The notes beneath the pieces are model-generated. The model ran no database searches. It saw nothing but the letters and a program-made list of their open reading frames with translations, and was not told the origin of the DNA. A stretch of 62,922 bases of DNA, counting the filler, from Stramenopiles sp. TOSAG23-3 (taxonomy: Eukaryota): assembly GCA_900128585.1 (NCBI GenBank). It is 6 parts of 6 records of this genome, joined end to end, with 100 filler letters (N's around TTAATTAATTAA, not from the genome) between each part and the next. Parts side by side here need not be neighbours in the genome. Positions count along the whole stretch, not along the records: positions 52,543 to 62,922 come from LT642825.1; 5 more parts are not named here. One strand, written 5' to 3'. The position numbers and the translations under genes were made by a program. Positions 54,097-62,922 of this stretch are shown piece after piece (the stretch's first letter is position 1; each line of letters starts with the position of its first letter).

Positions 54097-57000
54097 ATGG
54101 AGGACCCTTTCGGGGACGTGGGGGATGACGTTGACTGGGCCATGGTAGAGCAGGCAGCGTTAGAGAAAAAACGGAGGCAGGAGACCACCCCGGTGGGAAA
54201 TGTAATTCGGAATGCTGTGGGCGGGCATCATCACCAGCAATTAAACTCCGGAGTGTACAGTAATCAAAACCTTCGCCCGAATCCAAACAAGGAAATCCGT
54301 CACGAAGGAACTTTCGCATGGCCCAAACCAGGGCAGCTAGGAACCAACGCTGGAAACAAGTTGGAGTGGGTTTGCCCCACATGTACATTAAAGAACGAGC
54401 TGAGCAAGTCCCATTGTGGGGCTTGCGGAAAAGTTAACCCAAACCATAAAAACGAATGGTCCATAGGGTACAAGTCTTACGGCGCCTATGGAAAATCTTC
54501 GAAAACAGGAAGTAGTAGTAGTAGTCGCTCCGAAAAAGCTGTCAATAAGAAAAAACGTAGTTCGAAGCCCCCGGCGGCTGCACACAGAGGCTCCAAACCG
54601 AACGGGGGGGGGTCGGTCGAAAGCAGCGTTCAGAGGCGCCAGCAACAGCAATGGACCTTCGGCAATTTTTCTAAGAAAGCAAAGTCTCCGCCCGGGAAAT
54701 CTTTTCGAATGGCCAGCCAGGCGCCCTGCCTACAAGGGCGCCCGTCCGTCCCCGTGGACCCCGAAGCGAAAGATACCTGGATCTATCCGACTAATTACCC
54801 CGTTAGAGATTATCAAAAGAATATTGTCGAGTCCGCACTGTTTCAGAATACTCTTGTGTGTTTACCGACGGGTTTAGGAAAGACCTTGATTGCTTCTGTT
54901 GTCATGTATAATTATTACCGATGGTTTCCAGGTGGAAAGATAATCTTTATGGCGCCCACCAAGCCCTTGGTCGAGCAGCAGGTCAAGGCCTGTCACCAGA
55001 TAATGTCCATTCCCCTGGAAGTCACCGCCCGGCTGGACGGGTCGACAAAGGCCGAGGATCGAAAAACACTGTGGCAGGAGCGCCAGCTTTTTTTCTGCAC
55101 ACCTCAAACGTTTCGAAACGACTGTTCGAAAAACTTTGTAGATCTAAAAAAAGTAGTTTGCTTAGTGTTCGATGAAGCCCACCGTGCCACTGGCAATTAC
55201 GCGTACGTTACGTCGATCCAGCACGTTCTTCAAGGGAATGAACATTTTCGGGTGTTGGCGCTCAGCGCAACGCCCGGTTCTAAGCGGGAAGGGGTTCAGG
55301 CAGTCATGGACAACTTGCTTATTAGTCACATTGAGGTGCGAGGAGACGACGACCCTGACGTAAGAAAGTACACACATACAAAAATGATAGAATTCTTTGA
55401 AGTAAAAGAGAAAAAGAGAGGGGTAACAGAAAGGCTGAGGCTGGCGTGGGTGGACATATACCGTCCCACCGTCAGAAGACTGGTTGCTCGCAATATTCTC
55501 TTCAATGGTGACCCGGAAAAGCTGACTAAATCGAGTGCTTGGATGGCCTGCAATCGGTTCAGAGAAACTATTTTTCAGGGAGCGGGTCTTCCTGGTATGT
55601 CAATGCAGGAGGCGAAAAATTATTTGTCGCAAGTTCAGTTCATGATCAGTCTCGCCCATGCCCACGATTTGCTCAAGGGCCACGGATTGGGAAGCTTCGT
55701 TGAATCCCTCAACAAAATGGCAGATAGCATTCAAAACACCCGACAGAGCTACGGTTTAAAGCACGATATCATCACAAGTATGCGCTTTAAAGCGGTTCAC
55801 AGAGAGGCTCAAACCCTTCTTGAGAATGGAACAGTACAGCATCCAAAAGTAACTGCGCTGATTGACCTTCTGAAGGATCACTTCACACGGGCGAAAAATT
55901 GTGGGAAAGAGACGAAAGCAATCATTTTTACCGAATTTCGCTCCAGTGTGGACAATCTTTTGGAAGAACTTGATCACATGCGGCCATTGGTTCAAGCAGA
56001 GGGTTTCGTCGGACAGGCCGGCTCATCGTCAATGAAAGGGATCGATGGAAGAAAAAAGAAGAAGAAAACGGATGGTGCAAAAACAACTGGTCGAGTACGG
56101 GGCAAGGGCATGACTCAGAAAGAACAGCAACGGGTAATGAAAGAGTTCCGCGAAGGGAAGCACAACGTGTTAATCTGTACGTGCATCGGAGAAGAAGGAT
56201 TGGACATTGGACAGGTTGATTTAATCGTAGCCTTCGATGCCGTTGGATCACCAACGCGTATGACCCAGCGGTTTGGACGGACGGGCAGAAAACGCGCCGG
56301 GCGTGTTGTGGTGTTAATGACCCCGCAAGACAAGAAGAAGCAAGCCTTGGCCACCAGCAAAAGCCATAAAATAAAGCAGCTGCTCGTACGCAGCCACTCA
56401 ACGTTTATGTTTTACAATCGAAACCCGCTGATGCTTCCCGATAAATGCGACCCAAAGTGCATCGAGCAGCATATGGAAATATCCGATTTCCATTCATCGC
56501 AGGTCGGTGGGGCTGGCGGAGGGGAAAACAAGAAGAAACCTGCGAAGACAAGGGGTTACGATGTTAGCGCAAGCCAGCGAGAACGGTGTGATAAATCGTG
56601 GGGGCTCCGATTGAGCAATTCGCAGAACATACGGGTGAGGCGCCAGATGGTTGGAAAGTCATCTCTCAAAGGCTCTTCCGTGTTGGGCGTTGGTCAGAGA
56701 GTCCATGCCGTACCTCACTCAAAAGACACGGAACTCCTGTTAGGAATTTTAAACTTTGAGTGCATGTTTTCGGAGTCCTACGAAACGTTTGATGCTGTCG
56801 ACAGTCGGCTCAATGGTGTAGAATCTAACACCACTTCTTCCAGACAGAAAAAACGAAGTACGTGGGACTGGATAGGCGATGATGAGACCGACGTCGTCGT
56901 TCCACCACGTGCCAAGGGCCCACCGAGTAGAGTGCCGAAGCCGAGCGAAAACAAAATTCCGACAAAACCAGAAAAGGGTGGTGGATTTCTCGAGTCTGTG

Positions 57001-59664
57001 ACCTCGTACCTCCAAGGCTACTTGGCCAAAGTTAACATCGATGTGGTGGAGTATGATACAGTGTACATGCTTTTGTACGAAAAGTTTATTGCGAGCCACA
57101 ACGGCAGCGCTGTTTACGAGCAGTTTGTTTCGCAGTACAAAACACAAATCCAACGTTTGGTTGATCGTTTGTGCGAAGAAGGGCAGGGAACCAATGATTT
57201 GGAAGATACTATGGTCGTCGAGGATTCAGTGGTAGAACAGGCCGGACCCGCTGGAGATTCATTTCATAGAAGAAGCGTGGCAGAAAGCAGTAACGTTCTT
57301 TCTGAGACTGTGGTCCATCGGGCTCTGGAGGAAGTCATTACAGAAAAGCTTCGGGAACAATCTTCCCCTCTCCCAAACCAGAAGGCGATTCGAAGGGCTC
57401 TGAAAGGAAAGTTACAAGTTAACAGTCTGAAGGGGTACCACCAATTCATCAAGAACAAGTCTGTTGCGATATTTCACCGGCTAAATTGCACCGACTTTAA
57501 AAGAAGAGAGAAAAGTCTGGGAGACCTTGCTGGTAACACAAGCACAGATTCCTTCCAGACTCCCAGGCCAAACTTAAAACCGCGGCTTAAAAATACAGGT
57601 GCCAGAGTGTACGAGTACGGTCAAGCGGTTGAAGTGTTTGCTGACAGCCGGTGGTGGCGTGCTGAAATCTCCGAAGTTCTGAAGGCCAAGAGTGGGCAAT
57701 TGTACAATATCGACGGGACCGAGCGCCAAGATGGAAAGGATTGGAGCATGTCAGAAGTTTCGCCCTCGATCATCAGACCTGCTAAATTGACGCATCGACG
57801 GGGAACCTCTCCAAAGTTCGCTACGCCTATGTCCGTCTTCAGATCCGACCCGAACACGGGCGGGAAATTTTCCATCTCGTCCATCAGCCCTATCAGCTAT
57901 GTTAATTCTCAGAATGCAGACGACTCTCTTGAAAACGAAAAGTATGACCTTTCTTCGGGACATGGGGCTCATCGAGTCGAGAGTGCCATCAAGCATTATT
58001 GGAACGGGTCCGGGAAGCATAAATGTTCGTCAGAGTTTGTGGAGGAAGTTTTTCGTGGTGCCAAATCGGTCTTGAACTACCGCGAGCTTGTACCATCGCC
58101 TCCCCGATTTCCATCATTTCCTGGCAAAACTATGAAACAGCAGCTTACTAGAAAACGGGAGAATGCAAACTTTGAAACACCGAGACTGTCTCTCTCTTCA
58201 CGGAAAGGAAACTGCACCGATCCCAAGACATTGGATAAAACCATGCGGGTCAACACTCCATTTGACATTCGTGATATGGATATGGGAGAGAGCATTATTG
58301 ACGACACCGTCGTTGTGGACCTTGAAATGTCCAGCGAGGGCTTTGAGGACGAAGCCTCCCCTGAAATAGTGAAGAAGAACCTGTCGCGCAAAAAAATAAT
58401 TCTGCAGTTGGACGACGACGATGACGATGATTCTAGTTCCATTGGCGCTCCCAGCAGCAACTACACTCCGAACAATCTCATCACTCCGAACCCTGGAAAG
58501 AAGAAGAAGGCGCGCTTTATCCCTGACGACACGGATGACGACGATAGTCTGTCCCAATGCTCTGTATTGAACAATGAATCGCCTGCCAACAAGATCAAGA
58601 CGCAGCAGGAAATTATTCTCATCGATGATGACGGTAGCGAGAAAGACGAACCGTGCTCAATTTGCAGGGATAGCGGAAGCTACGACGACAATCCTATCCT
58701 GTTTTGTGACGGGTGCAACCTGCAGTTTCACCAGCACTGCTACGGGGTTGCGCAAGTTCCAGAGGGAGACTTTTTTTGCGACATGTGCAAGCACTCAGGC
58801 ACGAGCAAAGACGACTACAAGAAGAAGAAGAAAAGTAAATTCAACCGTAGCGCTTGTGTCCTGTGCCCTTCTGGGTTCCTTCCGCTTCAGAGATGCACGT
58901 CCGGAAAATGGGTTCACCCACAATGTGTCAATTATACAAACGAGCTCTACTTTGATGGAAATGTCCCGAACATATCAAACTTAAACCCGGAGCGAACCGG
59001 CTTAACCTGTGAATTGTGCAGCATTTGTCGCGGCTCGTGCATACAGTGCGACGCTTCAACTTGCGTTCGCTCGTTTCACGTTACGTGTGCGCAGTTAACA
59101 GGCAACGCCAGGCTTATCCTAGACACTAGTGGCGCCCCATCGTACCGGGTGTACTGCTCCGATCATATCCATTTGTTCGCCAAAAATTCCGGACGTGACG
59201 GCGCGAAGAAAAGGAAACGGTTTGCCAAGCCGACACCGCGGCGTGCTAAACCAGCCCGAAAGGCTCGTCAACATGCTTTTATCGATTACGAGCCTGAGAT
59301 GGTGGGAGATGGTGCCCAGCACAAGGATGACATGTGCTGCGGGGGCGAGGAGAACGCATACTACGATATTCATGACTCCTTCATCAACGACGGGTCTCAG
59401 AGCTCGTCGAATGGAGATTTAACTCCGAACCCGCTCGCATTCAGAAATGCTTTCGGAAGCCAGGAATCTACCCCGGGGCTATCTCTGGGGGGACGAAGAA
59501 AAGCGAGGGAGGACAGGATGAGAGACGGTGATGGTGGAACAAGCAGAGTTTCAATGCCGATAATCGAGCGTTGCATGCAACAAATACGGGGAAGTGGGAA
59601 TGTCGCCGGCGACAGTGCATTCGAGGAAAGTCAAGAAGATGACTTTGAGGAGGCCTTTTATTGA
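54097..59664 (+). CDS. FANCM: FANCM/Mph1 DNA translocase fused to RanBP2 zinc finger, DEK-C-like, Agenet/Tudor and PZP (PHD-Zn knuckle-PHD) modules, 1855 aa
   Basis: 'TWIYPTNYPVRDYQ', 'LPTGLGKT', DEAH 'DEAHRATGNYAY', 'ALSATPG', 'GEEGLDIGQVDL', 'QRFGRTGRKR'; accessory modules in the same open frame. Confidence 0.93.
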   Translation: MEDPFGDVGDDVDWAMVEQAALEKKRRQETTPVGNVIRNAVGGHHHQQLNSGVYSNQNLRPNPNKEIRHEGTFAWPKPGQLGTNAGNKLEWVCPTCTLKNELSKSHCGACGKVNPNHKNEWSIGYKSYGAYGKSSKTGSSSSSRSEKAVNKKKRSSKPPAAAHRGSKPNGGGSVESSVQRRQQQQWTFGNFSKKAKSPPGKSFRMASQAPCLQGRPSVPVDPEAKDTWIYPTNYPVRDYQKNIVESALFQNTLVCLPTGLGKTLIASVVMYNYYRWFPGGKIIFMAPTKPLVEQQVKACHQIMSIPLEVTARLDGSTKAEDRKTLWQERQLFFCTPQTFRNDCSKNFVDLKKVVCLVFDEAHRATGNYAYVTSIQHVLQGNEHFRVLALSATPGSKREGVQAVMDNLLISHIEVRGDDDPDVRKYTHTKMIEFFEVKEKKRGVTERLRLAWVDIYRPTVRRLVARNILFNGDPEKLTKSSAWMACNRFRETIFQGAGLPGMSMQEAKNYLSQVQFMISLAHAHDLLKGHGLGSFVESLNKMADSIQNTRQSYGLKHDIITSMRFKAVHREAQTLLENGTVQHPKVTALIDLLKDHFTRAKNCGKETKAIIFTEFRSSVDNLLEELDHMRPLVQAEGFVGQAGSSSMKGIDGRKKKKKTDGAKTTGRVRGKGMTQKEQQRVMKEFREGKHNVLICTCIGEEGLDIGQVDLIVAFDAVGSPTRMTQRFGRTGRKRAGRVVVLMTPQDKKKQALATSKSHKIKQLLVRSHSTFMFYNRNPLMLPDKCDPKCIEQHMEISDFHSSQVGGAGGGENKKKPAKTRGYDVSASQRERCDKSWGLRLSNSQNIRVRRQMVGKSSLKGSSVLGVGQRVHAVPHSKDTELLLGILNFECMFSESYETFDAVDSRLNGVESNTTSSRQKKRSTWDWIGDDETDVVVPPRAKGPPSRVPKPSENKIPTKPEKGGGFLESVTSYLQGYLAKVNIDVVEYDTVYMLLYEKFIASHNGSAVYEQFVSQYKTQIQRLVDRLCEEGQGTNDLEDTMVVEDSVVEQAGPAGDSFHRRSVAESSNVLSETVVHRALEEVITEKLREQSSPLPNQKAIRRALKGKLQVNSLKGYHQFIKNKSVAIFHRLNCTDFKRREKSLGDLAGNTSTDSFQTPRPNLKPRLKNTGARVYEYGQAVEVFADSRWWRAEISEVLKAKSGQLYNIDGTERQDGKDWSMSEVSPSIIRPAKLTHRRGTSPKFATPMSVFRSDPNTGGKFSISSISPISYVNSQNADDSLENEKYDLSSGHGAHRVESAIKHYWNGSGKHKCSSEFVEEVFRGAKSVLNYRELVPSPPRFPSFPGKTMKQQLTRKRENANFETPRLSLSSRKGNCTDPKTLDKTMRVNTPFDIRDMDMGESIIDDTVVVDLEMSSEGFEDEASPEIVKKNLSRKKIILQLDDDDDDDSSSIGAPSSNYTPNNLITPNPGKKKKARFIPDDTDDDDSLSQCSVLNNESPANKIKTQQEIILIDDDGSEKDEPCSICRDSGSYDDNPILFCDGCNLQFHQHCYGVAQVPEGDFFCDMCKHSGTSKDDYKKKKKSKFNRSACVLCPSGFLPLQRCTSGKWVHPQCVNYTNELYFDGNVPNISNLNPERTGLTCELCSICRGSCIQCDASTCVRSFHVTCAQLTGNARLILDTSGAPSYRVYCSDHIHLFAKNSGRDGAKKRKRFAKPTPRRAKPARKARQHAFIDYEPEMVGDGAQHKDDMCCGGEENAYYDIHDSFINDGSQSSSNGDLTPNPLAFRNAFGSQESTPGLSLGGRRKAREDRMRDGDGGTSRVSMPIIERCMQQIRGSGNVAGDSAFEESQEDDFEEAFY

Positions 59665-60204
59665 GGAGTTGCGCGGTGCGCATAATTCTAAATTTAAGTC
59701 GTAATATGTTTTTATAAAATATAAGTGAACATGAGAGCGGTGTAAACTTTTTCCTAAATCATAAAGGGAAAACTAAAACCACCGTATTGGGGAAACCTAA
59801 ATCTTGGTTTGAGACTCTCTCTTTATATCAGTCATTGATTCTTCGAAATCTAAAACTATTGTTTTCCAAATGTTATTATGTTATTTTGTTATTTTCCTTG
59901 TTTGTCAAGTGTTAATAGTTCAACCAATGAACTTTTATAGGAGGTGATCTGCAGTAAACAAATCGATCCTCCTCCCAATGAAAGTCCCTGAAAGTTTCTC
60001 CACGTTTTGGAGACCCCTGCGAGTAAATCTCTATATATTTAAAGCCATCCATTTTTCTCTACACACCTATTGGTTCGCTTTGTTTTATAAGAATATTAAA
60101 CATTATAAAAACAATACGTAAGAATTAAGAACTTAATATAAGTGTTCGTGGCATTTACACTCTGCAGGCGTTACGTACGAATGTCTTCGTTCTCTCCTGC
60201 TGGC

Positions 60205-60894
60205 TCAGCTCTCCACCTCTTTCGAGGAACTTGCATGTGTAGCAAAACTAAGGTACGTGTTCCATACAAAGCCTACGCAGTTAGCAAACAGGACTTGAAA
60301 CCTGGGCTGAATAAAGCGAAAGTTAAGAAAATTTGCAGGTACCCACAACATCCAGTTGGTCTGGACCGCTGGCCACCAGTTTTCTTTCAGCGCCTGCGGA
60401 ATCTCCTCTTTCTTCCCCTCCAAAACCATAACGGAACTCATAAACGTTGCGATAAACGGCATGGCGAAAAGAGTCTGGTCTACCGCAAGCCGGTACACGG
60501 CCCCGGCCGTTGTCTGAGCTGGTATAATCTTGTTCAAGGCTCCATACCAAAAATGAAGCGTGGGCCCTACGACAAACAGCCCCATTCCCGAAAATATGAA
60601 AAAGCGTTGAAAGTCAAAATCACCGTCTTCCATAAGGCACTGGCAACCAACGTCCCCTGCGGCAGTTATAACCAAGGACGTAATTGCCTTTGTCGCCAAC
60701 GGGTTTGAGTCTAAGAGCGCAGTGTATTTGTCCAGCAAGCCAGAATTCTTTGAAGACGAAAAACTCCTTCTTCCTCCCGTTTTTGCTTTCTTCTTGGCCA
60801 TGCGAAACCCTGGCTTGCCATAACTTTGCCACGACGCTCCCCCAAAACGGCCGTTGGTGTTCCTCGCCGCCGCAATCAATGCACGAGAGAACAT
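60205..60894 (-). CDS. Mpv17/PMP22 family membrane protein with mitochondrial-targeting-like N-terminus, 229 aa
   Basis: 'PLATKAITS', 'GPTLHFWY', 'DQTLFA', 'NWMLWVPANFLNFRF', 'WNTYLS'. Confidence 0.93.
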   Translation of the reverse strand: MFSRALIAAARNTNGRFGGASWQSYGKPGFRMAKKKAKTGGRRSFSSSKNSGLLDKYTALLDSNPLATKAITSLVITAAGDVGCQCLMEDGDFDFQRFFIFSGMGLFVVGPTLHFWYGALNKIIPAQTTAGAVYRLAVDQTLFAMPFIATFMSSVMVLEGKKEEIPQALKENWWPAVQTNWMLWVPANFLNFRFIQPRFQVLFANCVGFVWNTYLSFATHASSSKEVES

Positions 60895-61608
60895 TCTTCG
60901 TTTATCGCAAAGTACAATTAATCAACGGTTGTGGATTACAGCGTTAATCGTGGATAGTGTGAAGAAACGTGGTTTAGTTTATGACAAAATTATTTAGCCG
61001 ATAAATTCAATGTAGAAATATGATGGTGTATGTTCGTATATTTATTCTCTGTTATTATTACATTCATCCTTTTGATTCATTAACCAACCTTCAACTCAAC
61101 TTGCAAAATGTAATATATTTATTAACAACAAACAGAAGAAGAAGAAGAAGAAGGAGGAGGGGTTTATTTAACTCTCCTCTCTATCTAGTATTAATATTTA
61201 TTTATACACAGTATTAATATATATTTACATACAGTTCCCCGGACAAGATGGAATTCCATAGTAGTCTCGTCGTAATTAATTATAATAATATAAAATAATA
61301 AAAAAATAAAACAACACAACACAACAACAGTTCGTTTTATATAATATTAAATCCATCATTATAATCCAGGGTTGTTGACCCTTGGCGAAGTTTAACACAA
61401 CACATCACAGTATAACAATTAAAAAAAAATTGAATGAAATTTTTTTAATACATTAGAATCATCTCAAAACTATCAAAGATATTTCTGATGATCTTTGCTA
61501 AATTTTTTTAGTTTTATAAATAGAACAGAAAGCAAAATAGACTGTGACGAGTTTCTCGACAACATATCAGTCTTGGCGGCAGACGAAAAAGAGCGAACTC
61601 TGTTACTG

Positions 61609-62550
61609 ATGAATTTTATTTATGTGTTGAAGTGTGAGCACGAATGTTATTATGTCGGTAGGTCCGCAGATCCTGACACCCGACTCTTGGAACATCAAGC
61701 AGGAAGGGGCTCGGCTTGGACTAGACGACATTGTCCTCTCAAATATGCCGTTCCACCAAGGCCTGTTCATACTGATGACCCAGGGTTAGATGAAGATATG
61801 GAAACAAAAAAATGGATGAAAAGATGTGGCATTGAGTTTGTTCGTGGCGGGACTTACTGCCAAGTGGACTTGCCTCCAGTTCAAGTTCAAATGCTACAGA
61901 GAGAGTTACACCACGATGCTAACAGGTGTATTAACTGTGGTAGCAACGAACACTTTGTTCTTCATTGCCCAAAAGACAAACAAAATGCGAGGAACATTAA
62001 TGTGAATGAAGCGAAGGCTATTTTTCCTGAAGGCGCAGGGCTCAATACTTCCTCTACTAGCACTACACACCAAGCAGATTCCACCAACAACACTGCTCAA
62101 AATTCACGAGGCCAACAGGTAGACATAATCTCCCCGACCCTCGCAAATTCCTCCAAGAATGAATCTCTAAATATTTTGAAAAGTCGTATGAAAAAGCGGC
62201 CTCATTCACACGTCGCTGGGTCTACTACTTCCTCTACTAACACTCGTCGGGGCAGAGAGAGCTCGGTGGAGCCGACCAAGATGCGGCGACCGTCGACAAC
62301 ATGGACTTCGACCTCTAACGGTTGGGTTAAATCGGAGTCTTTGGAAGTAAGCGTGGAGCTAGCTCCGGATGCGTGTTATAGGTGTGGACGTACTAGTCAT
62401 TTTGCTGCTGACTGTTATGCGAGAAGACATATTAACGGACATTACATTAGCTCTTCTAGCTCTTCTAGCTCTTCCAGATGTGGGCGTTCTAGTCATTGGG
62501 CTGCTGATTGTTATGCGAGAAGACACATTGACGGGCACAATCTTGACTGA
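61609..62550 (+). CDS. GIY-YIG nuclease with CCHC zinc knuckles
   Basis: 'IYVLKCEHECYYVGRS...RLLEH..GRGSAWT...DED...GIEFVRGG'; knuckles CINCGSNEHFVLHC, CYRCGRTSHFAADC and one degenerate copy; first ATG at 61609. Confidence 0.88.
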   Translation: MNFIYVLKCEHECYYVGRSADPDTRLLEHQAGRGSAWTRRHCPLKYAVPPRPVHTDDPGLDEDMETKKWMKRCGIEFVRGGTYCQVDLPPVQVQMLQRELHHDANRCINCGSNEHFVLHCPKDKQNARNINVNEAKAIFPEGAGLNTSSTSTTHQADSTNNTAQNSRGQQVDIISPTLANSSKNESLNILKSRMKKRPHSHVAGSTTSSTNTRRGRESSVEPTKMRRPSTTWTSTSNGWVKSESLEVSVELAPDACYRCGRTSHFAADCYARRHINGHYISSSSSSSSSRCGRSSHWAADCYARRHIDGHNLD

Positions 62551-62922
62551 CCAAACATTTGAAATCGTGGCAACCCTAGGATCTCCATAGTCTCTCATCT
62601 AGGGTTAAGTTATACTCCAACATATTACGGTATCCATCACATAACATTGATACCTGATAATAATATTATATGTATATATTTTACAATAAAAACACAAAAT
62701 ATATATAGTATAATAATATAGACTAATAGTAAAAGGAGGACTCTCCTCTTCTCTCTCGGACTCATATAATTAATAATAATACGGTACAGGTACAGGTACC
62801 AGGTGAACGAGTACCCGAACAACCCCAGGAGGTTACCCGTAAATACCAGGAAGCTCCCAACAATTGATATTAAGTAATGAATTGTATTTCAAATGTTGTA
62901 CGTTGTCTTAAAACAATCAGTA

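Noticed and set aside
59938..60015. Two small hairpins between FANCM and Mpv17 as a possible H/ACA snoRNA
   Set aside because: Stems are short and no correctly placed H or ACA box was found; an Infernal/Rfam search would be needed.
1..62922. tRNA, rRNA, transposase or reverse transcriptase genes; functional clustering of flagellar or trafficking genes
   Set aside because: No such motifs were recognised by eye, and the functionally related genes lie on different, unlinked contigs.

Overview
Eukaryotic nuclear DNA, most likely from a flagellated stramenopile-like protist (inference from a diatom/oomycete-type CDKA, an IQ/p25alpha/B-box/WW protein and two outer-dynein-arm docking-complex-like proteins). 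The window is not contiguous. It is six unrelated contigs of about 10.4 kb, in descending length order (10420, 10418, 10416, 10394, 10394, 10380 nt), joined by artificial 100-nt N44-TTAATTAATTAA-N44 linkers. It holds about 24 compact, essentially intronless genes of moderate GC content, separated by very AT-rich spacers. Recognisable products: TMEM198-like protein, ALIX/BRO1, JmjC oxygenase, CDKA, TEY MAPK, serine carboxypeptidase, HPS6-like protein, alpha/beta hydrolase, Zn2Cys6 transcription factor, PH-PH-auxilin J protein, DUF676 esterase, kinesin, a partial SOS1-like Na+/H+ antiporter, FANCM, Mpv17/PMP22 and a GIY-YIG/zinc-knuckle nuclease. Most notable: (1) FANCM fused to RanBP2, DEK-C-like, Agenet/Tudor and PZP modules; (2) a modular dispersed non-coding repeat found only downstream of gene 3' ends on five contigs; (3) a giant-virus-type GIY-YIG/CCHC gene; (4) a SAM/F-box/ankyrin protein; (5) a kinesin lacking its alpha-4 relay helix; (6) two 79-nt inverted duplications at contig ends that look like amplification or assembly chimeras. 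No tRNA, rRNA, CRISPR array or autonomous transposon was recognised. All family calls come from motif recognition by eye, not database searches.
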